Shown here piece by piece: positions 1-13,721 of a stretch of 64,000 nt of DNA. The first letter of the stretch is position 1; every line of letters begins with the position of its first letter. The translations under genes were made by a program, and so were the position numbers. The DNA comes from Utricularia gibba (lineage: Eukaryota > Plantae > Magnoliophyta): contig CM007991.1 in assembly GCA_002189035.1 (NCBI GenBank), forward strand, positions 186,001 to 250,000, read 5' to 3'. The notes beneath the pieces are model-generated. The model was given only the letters and a program-made list of their open reading frames with translations. It was not told the origin of the DNA and did not search any database.

Positions 1-563
1 AGTGGGCATCGAGGATAAGCTTAGTATATTATTTATGGAAACCGCCGTGCCCCTTTTTTAATTAAAAAAGGAAATTAAAAGTGGGCCCCATTTATTATTG
101 CAGTCGGCCCAACTAATCAGCACTTGCGCGGGCCTGTCCTTCTTTTGTGCGTAACTTTCACTAACCCCCTTGGGCTGTTTTTTTTTTTTTTTTTTTTTTT
201 TTGTGGTGGTGGAAATAAAATAAGAATAAATGGTAATTATTTTTTTTGTGTGACGGACCAATGGGATAATTTGAATGGCGTGGATCATGATTAATCATTT
301 AAAATTGAGGGAGGACCGAAGGGTAAATTCGTCCAATGCAGATGACCCAATAAGTACCTTATTTGCAAAGCACGTCTTTGATCTCGGTTGCCTCTTTTAT
401 GCAGATTACGCAAGGAAAGCATTGAGATCACCGGCGGACGCCATAAATCCTGCAAACTGCCTGCCCTCTGTCTGGAGACGCCGGCCGGCCTGATCCATTC
501 TACTCACCTCAAAAAACCCTTCCATCTCTCACCCTCTCTCTCCCCTCTTCAAATTCCACCGCC

Positions 564-1625
564 ATGCCCACTCCGTTTGCTCCGCCGTCGCCGGGCTCCT
601 CTAGCAGACCGGGCGTTCCTCAGATTCCAGAGGTTCCTCCGCAGTACGCTCTTTCCAACACCACCTTCTCCTCCGTACCGGGAATCTCGTCCGCGACCTC
701 CATCATCGTTATTGTTATCATCGTAGCCTCCGCCGTGGTCGTCTCGGCGTTCATCTACATCCTCCTTCGCTTCCTCTCCACGCGATTTCGTCGTTCGTTC
801 CGTGCATTTGCTGCAGCGGACGACGTCGTACTTAGGCAAGATTCGTTCGGCCTGAGCTCTGGTCGACCGCTGCAATGCCAGGCGGCGACTGTCGCGTTGC
901 TCGATTCGCTCCCGATCTTTACGTTTGGTTCGGTTACCAATCTCACAGGAGGCGACTGCGCGGTGTGTTTGTCGAAGTTTGAGAGACACGACAGACTCCG
1001 ATTGTTGCCCCTGTGCTGTCATGCGTTTCACGCGGAGTGTATAGATGCGTGGATAGTGTCGAATCAGAGTTGTCCGCTGTGTCGCTCTGCGGTGGTGGCG
1101 TCGGATTCAGATTTGGTTGGGAAAATTCTGCCCGGAGAAAATCGCGGTGCTGTAAACGGGAATAGCGGCAGTTTTCGTATCGAAATCGGGAATATTAGCC
1201 GTAGACGCGATGGTTCTGTTGAGGCGGCGGAGGGAGATCGGCGTACGTATTCAATCGGTTCTTTCGATTACATTGTTGACGAGAATGGCTACGAGGTTTG
1301 CGTTGCGTCGATAACTGATCGCTTTGGGGCCTCCGATTACACTTTTTTTGATAAGGAATCTTCGTTCGGGGTTCCTATTCCGGAACCGCCCGGGGAAGCT
1401 CTCGCCGCGGACGTTTCCGGCACCAGAAACTGGCTCCTAGAATACGTCGATAGACTGGCTTCGATCTCCATCTCTTCCCGTGCAATATCGTTTCGAGGCT
1501 CCGGTCGATTCTTCTCCGGCAGTAGCCGCCGCACTGAACGTTCCGCTCCCGCCTATGATCTGGAGGCCACGCACCGTGTCGGAGAGGAAATCAGCGAAGT
1601 ATTTCGGTGGCTTTCCGGAATCTAA
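564..1625 (+). CDS. ATL4: RING-H2 E3 ubiquitin ligase of the ATL family (ATL4-like), single exon, 353 aa
   Basis: N-terminal hydrophobic TM segment (IIVIVIIVASAVVVSAFIYILL), GLD-like segment (LLDSLPIFTF) and RING-H2 motif CAVCLSKFERHDRLRLLPLCCHAFHAECIDAWIVSNQSCPLC. Confidence 0.9.
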   Translation: MPTPFAPPSPGSSSRPGVPQIPEVPPQYALSNTTFSSVPGISSATSIIVIVIIVASAVVVSAFIYILLRFLSTRFRRSFRAFAAADDVVLRQDSFGLSSGRPLQCQAATVALLDSLPIFTFGSVTNLTGGDCAVCLSKFERHDRLRLLPLCCHAFHAECIDAWIVSNQSCPLCRSAVVASDSDLVGKILPGENRGAVNGNSGSFRIEIGNISRRRDGSVEAAEGDRRTYSIGSFDYIVDENGYEVCVASITDRFGASDYTFFDKESSFGVPIPEPPGEALAADVSGTRNWLLEYVDRLASISISSRAISFRGSGRFFSGSSRRTERSAPAYDLEATHRVGEEISEVFRWLSGI

Positions 1626-2242
1626 GAATGTAAATTCCTCAATCCTCGGGGGCAAATAGGTAACGCCATTTTTATATATATTTTGCATATAAATGCCTTT
1701 TGTGCTTGCATATTATACATATTTCCTTGGGTACTGAAACCATATAATTCCTTAAATACCAATAAAATAAAATATTTGCCAAATGCGCACTTTAAATATC
1801 GGTGTGGCCAAATTGGAGTAAGCAGCATACTTGCAACCACCACGCTTGCTTCTTTGTCGTTTTCACCCCTCCAACACACACTCCGACCTAGTCTCGTTCT
1901 TCCTATCCGACTTTATGATAATATCCGACACTCAAATAATCAAATTGAGTTAATATTATTATGAGTTCCTTGAATGCCATATATGTTAATTAATTATATT
2001 TAATATTATAAATTAAATATCAAAACAAAAAATTGTTTAATTTTTATTCATAATGAAATATAAATGTATTTAAATGGGATCTAATTCATATTTAATATAG
2101 AATAAATTAATACACTTGTGCTTTCAAAATGTAGATGACAATGAAAGTTGATTCTGCTTTTATTGTGTCATTTGCCACTCCTCGCACCAGTCACCAATTA
2201 TGTAAGGGTATGATTTGTCAGTAAGTCTAGAGGGAGAATCCC

Positions 2243-3616
2243 ATGCGTCCTGCGCCGCGGATTCTTTCAGTAATTTCATCGAGCATGTGGTGGGCTACGA
2301 CGCCAACGCTGATCCCTTGCTACCCGATTTCGTCCGCTTGTCTCTGCTCCGTTTGTTCATCTCGGAACCTAGAATCTGACGAGTTCCTCGGATGGTTGCG
2401 GCATAAATCTGGAACTGAAATCTCATCCCTGCTCTCAATTGGGAGATCCCCCTACGGCAGGGCATTGTACGCTAATGCTGATATCAGAACAGGCGATATT
2501 CTATTCAAGGTTCCTTTCGGTGTCCAACTGTCCCCGGAGAATCTTCCTTCGCAGATATCTTCTTTGCTGGGAGATGAAGTTGACGATGCGGCGAAACTTG
2601 CGGTGCTTATTCTCCTGGAGAAAAGGCTCGGAAAGGATTCCGAATGGGCGCAGTACTTAAGCCGGCTGCCTCCGGCCGAGGATATGCATAGCACAATCTT
2701 CTGGAGCAGCCAGGAGCTTCAGAATATAAGAATGAGTGGCGTGTATGATGACACTGTGAAACTGATTGCTCTGATTGATAAATACTTCTGCACTATCAAG
2801 CCAGTTATGGATTCATTCGCAGATGGATTCCGGAGAGTTACGCTTGAGGAGTTTCGGTATGCATACGGGTTGATTACTTCTCGTGCCTGGGGCAGCTATC
2901 GAGGGTTATCGTTGATCCCATTTGCCGACTTCATCAACCACGATGGTGATTCAGGGTCATATGTTGTCGGCGATGAGAGCCAACAGCATTCTGAAGCTGT
3001 GGCTGATAGGGATTTTTCTATTGGAGATGAGGTGATGATAAGATATGGGAAGCTGCCAAATGCTGATCTTCTGTTGGATTTCGGATTCAGTGTCAGTAAT
3101 AACCGATATGATACGGCCCGGATCGAGCTTCATGTGCCTGAACATGATGAACTCCACCTTACAAAATCGGAGCTTCTTCAGCGAGTACCTTCAACAAGGA
3201 GTATGAAACCCACCGGAGGCAGTTGGAAATGGAACTCATTTGTGGTGAAAGAAGTCCGACATAGTGATCCAAAAGGGAAGGGGATTCCTCAGGCGCTCCG
3301 TGCATTCGCCCGTGTCTTGATCTGCGATACGAAGGAAGAATTAGATGAGTTAGAGGTGGCAGCTAGCAACCAGGATGGGAGATTGGCTCGTTTGCCTCTG
3401 AAGAAGAAGAGCAAGGAGATGGCTGCACACGAGCTTCTACTCGTTGAAATGCTTCATGGGATCGATGAACGTGAGGAGCAACTTCAAGTTCTTACTACTG
3501 ACTGCTCCCATTTGGATTCAAAGACTGCGATCAGGAGAAAACTTGCTGCAGATCTTCTGAATGGTGAAATGCGCGTGTTGAAATCTGCAGCTGTGTGGCT
3601 GAAAAGTTACTGCTGA
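2243..3616 (+). CDS. SET-domain protein of the Rubisco LSMT-like/SETD class (At3g55080-like), intronless, 457 aa, with a possible organelle transit peptide
   Basis: Motifs GRALYA, SRAW, LIPFADFINHD and IRYGKLPNADLLLDFGF, followed by a Rubisco-LSMT substrate-binding-like C-terminal region. One uninterrupted ORF. Confidence 0.85.
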   Translation: MRPAPRILSVISSSMWWATTPTLIPCYPISSACLCSVCSSRNLESDEFLGWLRHKSGTEISSLLSIGRSPYGRALYANADIRTGDILFKVPFGVQLSPENLPSQISSLLGDEVDDAAKLAVLILLEKRLGKDSEWAQYLSRLPPAEDMHSTIFWSSQELQNIRMSGVYDDTVKLIALIDKYFCTIKPVMDSFADGFRRVTLEEFRYAYGLITSRAWGSYRGLSLIPFADFINHDGDSGSYVVGDESQQHSEAVADRDFSIGDEVMIRYGKLPNADLLLDFGFSVSNNRYDTARIELHVPEHDELHLTKSELLQRVPSTRSMKPTGGSWKWNSFVVKEVRHSDPKGKGIPQALRAFARVLICDTKEELDELEVAASNQDGRLARLPLKKKSKEMAAHELLLVEMLHGIDEREEQLQVLTTDCSHLDSKTAIRRKLAADLLNGEMRVLKSAAVWLKSYC

Positions 3617-3670
3617 GCCCTTGAACTGAAAAGTTAGAGGTGCTCATTCAATTCCATGTTAATGTACAAA

Positions 3671-3740
3671 TGGGCCGAAGTAATCAAGTAAATCTGTGCA
3701 CATCGGTTAAGCATGTCGGCCCAGTAAGAAAATTAGGCCC
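3671..3740. promoter_or_regulatory. Site II (TGGGCY/TCP-type) motifs in the CPN10 promoter, immediately downstream of the SET gene stop
   Basis: TGGGCC at 3671-3676, GGCCCA at 3718-3723 and AGGCCC at 3735-3740, about 130-190 bp upstream of the CPN10 ATG. Confidence 0.5.
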
Positions 3741-3864
3741 GCCCGTCCCGTTGGGTCAAGATAAGCGAAGTGCTGAATTTTCTAGAAGGAACTAGTGTCC
3801 GAGAATAAAATCCTATGAGCTTCATGAATGTGGTGTAAATCTTCGCTTCCTCTGTAGTTTAGCT

Positions 3865-5238
3865 ATGGCGTCTTCCTTCATTACTTTCTCTGCGCCCGTT
3901 TGGTGCCAGAGGCAGAAATTCCCATGCATTTCTAGGAACTCTGCCGCAGGTTTGTATCCCAAACACCCCCCTGCAATGAAACGGAAATTTTATTTGATTC
4001 TGGAGTAACTTCAATCTTTTTTAATGGGTGTTTGACAGGTCTGAAGAAGACGTCTGTTAGAGTTAATGCGATGGCAAAGACGTACGAGCCATCGAAGGTC
4101 TGTCTTATTATTTTTTTGTCACCTGTTTGAGGATTTTGGTGAAATTAACAGAAATTTCTTTTTTTTTTTTAATTTTTCGCTTACAGGTTGTCCCCCAGGC
4201 GGACAGAGTTTTGGTTCGCCTAGAAGAGCTGCCGGAGGTATTACTCGATTTTAACTTGTGAAAAGTGCGGTTTATTTTGGGTGTTTACGGTCCTCACTGC
4301 TTTACTTCTTGTTGTTAATTTCCTGCAAGCATTTGAAAGATTGCAGAGTCATTCCCATTGCTAAAAAACAGTTGCAGCCTTCTCCATTCAGCTCTTCAGT
4401 TTTGCGTTTTGATTTCTCATTTTGTCTAAAGATTGTAAAAAATTTGTCGTGCAGAAATCTGCTGGTGGAGTGTTGCTGCCTAAGTCAGCTGTCAAATTCG
4501 AACGTTATCTTATAGGAGAGGTACGATGAGCATTCAGCCTATTCTTTGTTCGCTAGTTCTCCGGTGATCAGCAATGCCTAGGCCCTAGATTTGTTTATTT
4601 CGATGCTATTTGTTTGCCCAAATTCTAGGCATCAGAGACGTTTGCCTGAAGTTGCAACTCTTATGATAAAAATTCGTGATTCGGTTACTTAGCTCTCTTC
4701 TTTCAACTCCCAGGTTATTTCTGTTGGCACAGATGCTGGGAAAGTCGAACCTGGAAAAAAGGTTGGTTCTAACACCTCACTACAGTATGTATGACTTAAA
4801 GCTTGTTCACAAGTGTTGGGAGGATTCCATGAACAGTTTCACTCTGTTTTGGCTGCGTTTTTCTTCTAGCATTGTTCCTTGTGTGCATTCTGCTAGTGCT
4901 GTTGCACCCTTCTTCCTAATGGATCTGATGCATGTACTCATTCTACACAGGTCATGTTCTCGGACATCAGTGCCTATGAGGTATGTGTTCTAATCCCCTA
5001 CATGCTACCGCAATCTTTTCTTTCTCTATTGTTTCAAATTTTGTTTGATTCATTAATCTGTCAAAGATGTCTGTGGGTGCGGATGAGATTAGTGTACATG
5101 CTGCGGTGATGATTGAGATCGTTATTGCAAAGATGAGCATTCGACCTTTGCATCATTTGTTTTCCTCAGGTCGACTTGGGGGCAGAGGGAAGGCATTGTT
5201 TCTGCAAGGCAGGTGATCTACTGGCTATAGTTGAATAG
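3865..5238 (+). CDS. CPN10: Chloroplast 10 kDa chaperonin (CPN10), 7 exons
   Basis: Exons 3865-3949, 4039-4097, 4187-4237, 4455-4520, 4714-4761, 4951-4980, 5170-5238, all GT-AG. They splice to a transit peptide plus VVPQADRVLVRLEELPEKSAGGVLLPKSAVKFERYLIGEV...FCKAGDLLAIVE*. Confidence 0.92.
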
Positions 5239-5550
5239 ATTTGTTCAGTAGACATTGCACCATGAAGTTTTCTGGAAGGATGAAGATAAACTACTGAGCA
5301 ACTCCATTTGAATGATTATTCTGTAACGAGGTGAAATCTAGCATTTTTGGGATTCCATAGATATACTCTTTCCACTCTTGAAAACCAAATCTGATGCAAA
5401 ATAATAGACCCTTATGACTGAGATACTAGAAAATCAATCTTTCCAGTAACCAATGGTGGTATTATTGATGGATAGGTCAGTGCATCATATATCACCACGA
5501 CACTGTTAAACTAACTCAAGCTTTGGGAACCATAAAGGCAACCAGTGGAC

Positions 5551-7806
5551 TCAAAACTCAAAAACCTTGAGTTCAATCATTCCCTCTTTTCGAATGGGAG
5601 AGTACCATCCCACCACCTTCCCAGATTTCAGCAGCCTCATTGAGTAGCACAAGCTGAGTTTAACATCTTCCAGCTCCAGGCCAAGTCTCCCGGATGAATC
5701 ATTGAGGGACATCTTTGAATCGACTCGAGCAACGATCGGTCCTGCAATCTGCATGATGCCGGATTCAAAATGAGCATCAGAGATTGCGTAACAGTCTTCA
5801 TAAGCTACAAGATGTCTAATTCACCTAGTGTGTGTAATGCTGAATGAATGAATGGAAGTGATCACAAATTGAAAGTGTACCTGCTGCTGAAAAATTAGAC
5901 CAAGTGTAGGGGATGAGAGTGAAGTTGCAGTCTGTGAATTTTTTTGAAGCTTGGACGCCACAGTCTTGAATATAGACGAGGCTGAGGCCACATCTAGGCG
6001 AGCATCGAACCTCGTCAGATCACCGAAGTCCTTGGTAAAAGTCCCATGTTGAAAAGTGTAGCACAGTGTGCCAAATAAATCAGCAGCAATACTACTTCGA
6101 TACGGAGCATCTTTATGGAGAAACCATGCCTCACAATTACCCCCTAAGAGAACCATCATTAGCTAAAGAACGTCACTGAATAAGAAGGTGCGGCTATAAA
6201 ACAGATTTGCTCTGTCAAAATCATTTCCACTAAGATTTTCTTGAGTTTCAGATCCATTATTTAAACTGGGGACACACAATCTCCATGCAGCTGAAATTGA
6301 GAAGTAACAGAACCAAGCACGGTTCCAAAAACATAAAGGCATACTGTGACAAGCAACAGAATGATCCATAAACGTAGACCTCACACAACATGAAAAGCAA
6401 AGAGTTCAAGGCCCACAAATGGAGTCAGATGGATAGTCACATACCGATAATACCAGAAATTGTGGAATGAGGCTCTTTGAGTCGAATGTCATATGGGGAA
6501 GGCGAATATTGTTGCTTCTCTTCCTTTGGTGGAGCACTTTTTTTTTCTAATACCTTCTGCAAGTCCCTCGACCTTTCATAAGAAACAGCAGCCTTCATGC
6601 AGATCCCAGGCAACAAAGCAGGAGGGATGTCACCATTATCAGAATCAAGGCCCACTGGCTGGCCTCCGTTTTTATGCATGCCAACGCGGTAACGGAGTCC
6701 TGACTCTGAGATTAGAGATGTACAGTCTAGGGATACAGATTCAGGAACCTCCCAGTATCTTCCTTTACGGTCCAGGAACAGCTCAGGCCATGCTGCTTCC
6801 AATGTGACATCATGATTGGGTAACTGCACGGATGAGAATTCTTTCATGCTCCCGTACAGAACAAATTCTACTTAGATCACCCAAAACGCCCCTTAGTTCG
6901 ACTAGCTCCTTTAAGCACTATTGTTTTCGTAAGATACCATAAATCCAACAAATGCTTTTGAGAACTACACAAGTTTTTAGAAAATGAAAAAAAGCACATC
7001 GTCTATTCTCAAGTTCTGTGCAAAATGAGCAAGGAATTTACATCCAGTTGATCTCATCATCACAAGAATTTTAACAGGACAGAATTATGAATGGAGAGAA
7101 AACTTGCCGAATGTACGATGGCAGTTTTAGTGCAAGGTCGCTTACGATCCCCGTGCCCCTCTGCGCTTACAATGAGCGATGTCGAGGGCGTTATAGCGAA
7201 TTGTGACCAAAGGCTACCAGCATAAAGTGATAAGTCAAAGAAATGCCTCGCAACATCCCTGAAAAGAGATGGTTCCCACTCTTCAGCAGCCAAAATTTCA
7301 GTCTTGATGGATGATATCAGTTTCTTAGGACGAAGCTGCCCAATCAATCCAGCCCACCTACATGATAACCAGATTAACAGTCGAAGGCAATAGCATTCGG
7401 AGACGAACGACAGACAATGCAAGAACGTAACGAAAAAATTCATAATGTGAATATCTTCAGCATATTTTTTTCTTCTTCAACCTTCTTTATATTCAAGGTA
7501 ATAAAGATTTAAAAAGATTCCGAATTCGTACCAGTTTCCAGCGTCAAATTTCCAAAGAAGGGACTGCAATGAGAAGGAGCCCAACTCCTTATGGTTAGGG
7601 GAGGGAGAATAAGATGGAATGATACCTAACGGAAACCCATTTCCCAACAAAGAAAGCTGCTGAATTCTGAGCACTTTACTCGCTCTTGCACCATCAAGAG
7701 GAACGGGATCCCCAGGAACAGACCGAGAAACGCCGTCAAGCGCCCGTGAAGTTGCTATATTCAGGTCCCAGAATCCAGCATCCATGGTCGTTTTCAAGTT
7801 CGCCAT
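5551..7806 (-). CDS. LPTD1: TGD4-like plastid outer-envelope beta-barrel lipid transport protein (At2g44640/LPTD1-like), 5 exons, 454 aa
   Basis: Exons 7806-7532, 7357-7108, 6823-6445, 6143-5881, 5748-5551 total 1365 nt and stay in frame. Starts MANLKTTMDAGFWDLN...PLDGARASK.LRIQQLSLL; contains LPNHDVTLEAAWPELF and GDLTRFDARLD; ends EGMIELKVFEF. Intron 2 has a GC donor. Confidence 0.85.
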
Positions 7807-8027
7807 TCTTACTCCGCGACCCACCTAACACTGAAGCAGAGCTTCGCGACGGTTTCCTTATCCGCGAGAGATATCAAGGTTTTGAATTTTGGACTTGGGT
7901 TTTGTGACCGCATCGAGTCGGGCCGGACCAGTTCGACCCCATAGCCCAATTCCTTGCCGTCCTTCCGTTTTCTTCCTTTTATATTGACTTCTGTAGTTCA
8001 CCGGAGCCCTCTTCGGGTCTGGGAGGA

Positions 8028-9715
8028 ATGGATGATGAGGTGCTGGAGACTAGACCAGCGATCTTAGTCGTTGGATCCCCTAATGTCGGGAAACGAACCC
8101 TAGTTTCGAGTAAAGCCCCCCTTCTTTGCCTCGCATCGGTGGCATCAGTCATCATCTTTGTTATATGCATGATGCTTTTCGCCATTTCAGAATTTTGCAA
8201 ATATAGATGACCTCGTTCGTTACAGTTCTGTTGAAGTATTTAGTTTTAAGTGTAATGATTATTAAGTACAATGCGTTACTGGATCTTTAATGTTTGTAGG
8301 ACTTCTTGGGGTGCCTTTTGAGGATGAGTCTCAGCCTTCAAATATTCATGGGTGAGTCCCATAGTACGGTCCTCGATTTTATTGTATCAGTCTGAGAGAT
8401 CTTGTGTACTTTTTGTGTTCAAGGTGGACAATCGATAACAAGTACTATGCAGTCGATGTTTCCTTGTGGATAGTTAATCTTGATGATGGGTTCTCTCTCA
8501 CAAGTTCTCGGATTTTAAGCCGCATAGTTGCTTTGGTATTCGTTTTTGATGTCAGCAACGTAAGTCCTGATTGAGAATTTAGCATCATGTGGCTTTACTA
8601 AGTAGTTGATTTGGAATAAGCCTGTATTCTTTTGCAGATTTCATCTTTCCTTGCTCTCAAGGATTGGGTGTCGTTCAATGATATTCAGAATTTTGATATC
8701 CGGCTTTGCATAGGTAACAAGGTGGATCTTATTACGGGCCATCCAAGTCACGTAGAGTATAGGAGGCGCTTGCTAAAAAAATATGGTGGATCATCTGAAA
8801 ATCCTCTGGAGTTTCCAGATTATGGAATATCTGAAACTGAAGGAAGTTTCCTACTGGGAGATGGAGGATCAGGAGATTACAAAGCATTGTTCTTAGAATG
8901 GTGTCTCGAAAACAATATAGAATTTGTGGAAGCTTGCGCATCGAATTCCGACTTTGATAATTGTAAGTTCTCAGATGTCTTAGAATATGGGAAACGAATG
9001 AGTTTTGGAAACAAAAGGAACACGTACGCCCTGCTCAGATCCAGGTGAGCTGACAGTTGTTTTGTGGATTACAGGTCTCTCAATGGATGGTGATTCACAG
9101 GGTGTTGAGAGATTGCATGGTGCTCTCTCTGCTCATATGTGGCCTGGGATGGTGTTGAAGTCTGGAGACAAGATCAATGAGCCCTCATTACCAGAATACG
9201 AAGGTTAGGCTACAGGGATCTCTGGCCTCCACGACCTCTTTTGGAAATTTCAAATAATCCTTTCTTATGCAGAATCTTCAGAGGAAGAATCTGACTACCA
9301 ACCTGAGTACGAAGTATTGTCTTCCGGCTCAGCAGAACCTTGGGATGATGTTAGATGGATGAATGCTGACAACCCAGGGCCATCGGAGGGTGATCTCAAG
9401 ACTGTGTATAGTGAGAATGAAAAAGAAAGTATTGACCAAGAACATCTGCCTTCAATCTCAGCTTCTAAAGCATATGAAGAACAGTCGTCGAAAGAAGCAA
9501 GTTTGACTGTTGAGGAGGACAGAAAATCGGGGCCTGATGATGAAAAAGCTTTTGATTTCGAGGATATAGAAGCCTTGATGGCAGAAATTGGAAATATGCG
9601 GAATGGGTTGCGATTAATGCCAGATTTTCAAAGACGGGAAATGGCTGCCAAACTTGCCATGAAAATGGCTGCAATGTTTGGTGATGGTAGTGAGAGTGAA
9701 GATGGCTTGGAATGA
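8028..9715 (+). CDS. AAGAB/Irc6/p34-like alpha- and gamma-adaptin-binding protein (GTPase-like fold), 6 exons
   Basis: P-loop-like VVGSPNVGKRTL, then WTIDNKYYAVDVSLW, CIGNKVD, LSAHMWPGM and the C-terminal adaptin-binding helix FEDIEALMAEIGNMR...PDFQRREMAAKLAMKM. Exon phases are consistent. Confidence 0.82.
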
Positions 9716-10140
9716 CCGTTATTCCCTTATTTGTATCCTATAGATCTTCAACTTCACAGTATGCAGGTGGAACCTGAAACTATGAAGGTCAGTGATCACA
9801 GTGTCCTTGAAACTGTGCTCTATGGCATGGTACATGAGCACGGTTAATCTTATTTATTTTTCTGAATGTCTGTTCGACCATGATCCTTATATGCAAGAAG
9901 TTTATTATGCTGATGTGCATACCTGTGTCGATGGTGTTAGTAGATTTCTTGGGCACTGGAGAGGGACATTAGGTTGTTCTTGATTTTATTGTCTCTACAA
10001 AAGATAAGTGGAATAATTTCAAGTCTACCATTTCCTTCTACTTCACACTAGTCTTACCCCTGTATAAAACCATTTGCCACTATGAAATGAGAACACGAAC
10101 TCAAAAATGTCAAATGCACCATAGGCAAGAAGCTGAGAGG

Positions 10141-10425
10141 ATGATGCCGTAGTCTTCATTCATCTTGCAAATTTTGGTGATGATGGTTACAATCCAATCC
10201 ACAATCTCAGAACTTCGTCAACACCCCTGCACCAAACTGGCCCAAGGTGAAACTATCAACTATGACTTCTGTACCACGTCCCTACAAGCTGCTCCGAGCA
10301 GCCGATGTGTCTTGATGGGGGGCCTCAGACGGATCTCCTTCCGTCTCATTATAGACAATATGACAGATACTCGGTGCCACATCAAACGTCTCATGAAAAA
10401 GAGGAAGTGGATTCTTAAGGTATAA
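10141..10425 (+). pseudogene. Truncated PMEI / plant invertase-inhibitor pseudogene
   Basis: ATG ATG CCG TAG gives a stop at codon 4 (10150-10152). It continues in frame as a signal-peptide-like SSFILQILVMMVTIQSTIS and then C-T-K-L-A-Q-GETINYDFCTTSLQAAPSSRC...ISFRLIIDNMTDTRCHIKRLMKK, the N-terminal half of a PMEI domain. The C-terminal half is absent. Confidence 0.72.
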
Positions 10426-10640
10426 AAATAAGATCTTTATGAGGTTCAATCATGCAATACAACGAGCCACATATAAGCACTAGAAGTAGAGAAACAAAAA
10501 TGGCATCAAGGCATGAGGTTACAGAGAGATTTGCTGAATCATTGTTTTCCCAAAAGTTAGCAGGTTTATCTTATTGGTCATCATATATAGACAATCTCTA
10601 AACACAAGGAAAAATATGCAGAAAATATCTAGATGCAGGC

Positions 10641-11811
<1,171 letters not shown>

Positions 11812-12069
11812 TACTGTTACTAACTGCTATCGGTAATTGAGGTGGACTTGCAGAATGTAAGTGGTGAGGAAAGGGTCGGATCCGGGTTCCGGGGATCCAA
11901 TAATATTTTATTATGATATTTAAAAAAGTGCTGTGTGTTCCGCGCAGAAGACACGATTTTTCACTCTAGACATTTTCGCTGCGATTTCGCCGGCAAATGC
12001 TCTCCGTTTACCGGGCGAGATCGCAAGCTTTCCGTCGCGCTGATTTTCAGTCACGGAAGCTCGATCTGA

Positions 12070-13721
<1,652 letters not shown>

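Noticed and set aside
178-202. T25 tract and other homopolymers or microsatellites (CA, GT, CT, TCT runs)
   Set aside because: Ordinary simple repeats with no retro-insertion context; lengths are unreliable in this assembly.
275-1031. ORFs overlapping ATL4 (275-493, 388-726, 549-1031)
   Set aside because: Alternative-frame and antisense ORFs of a GC-rich exon with no recognisable domains.
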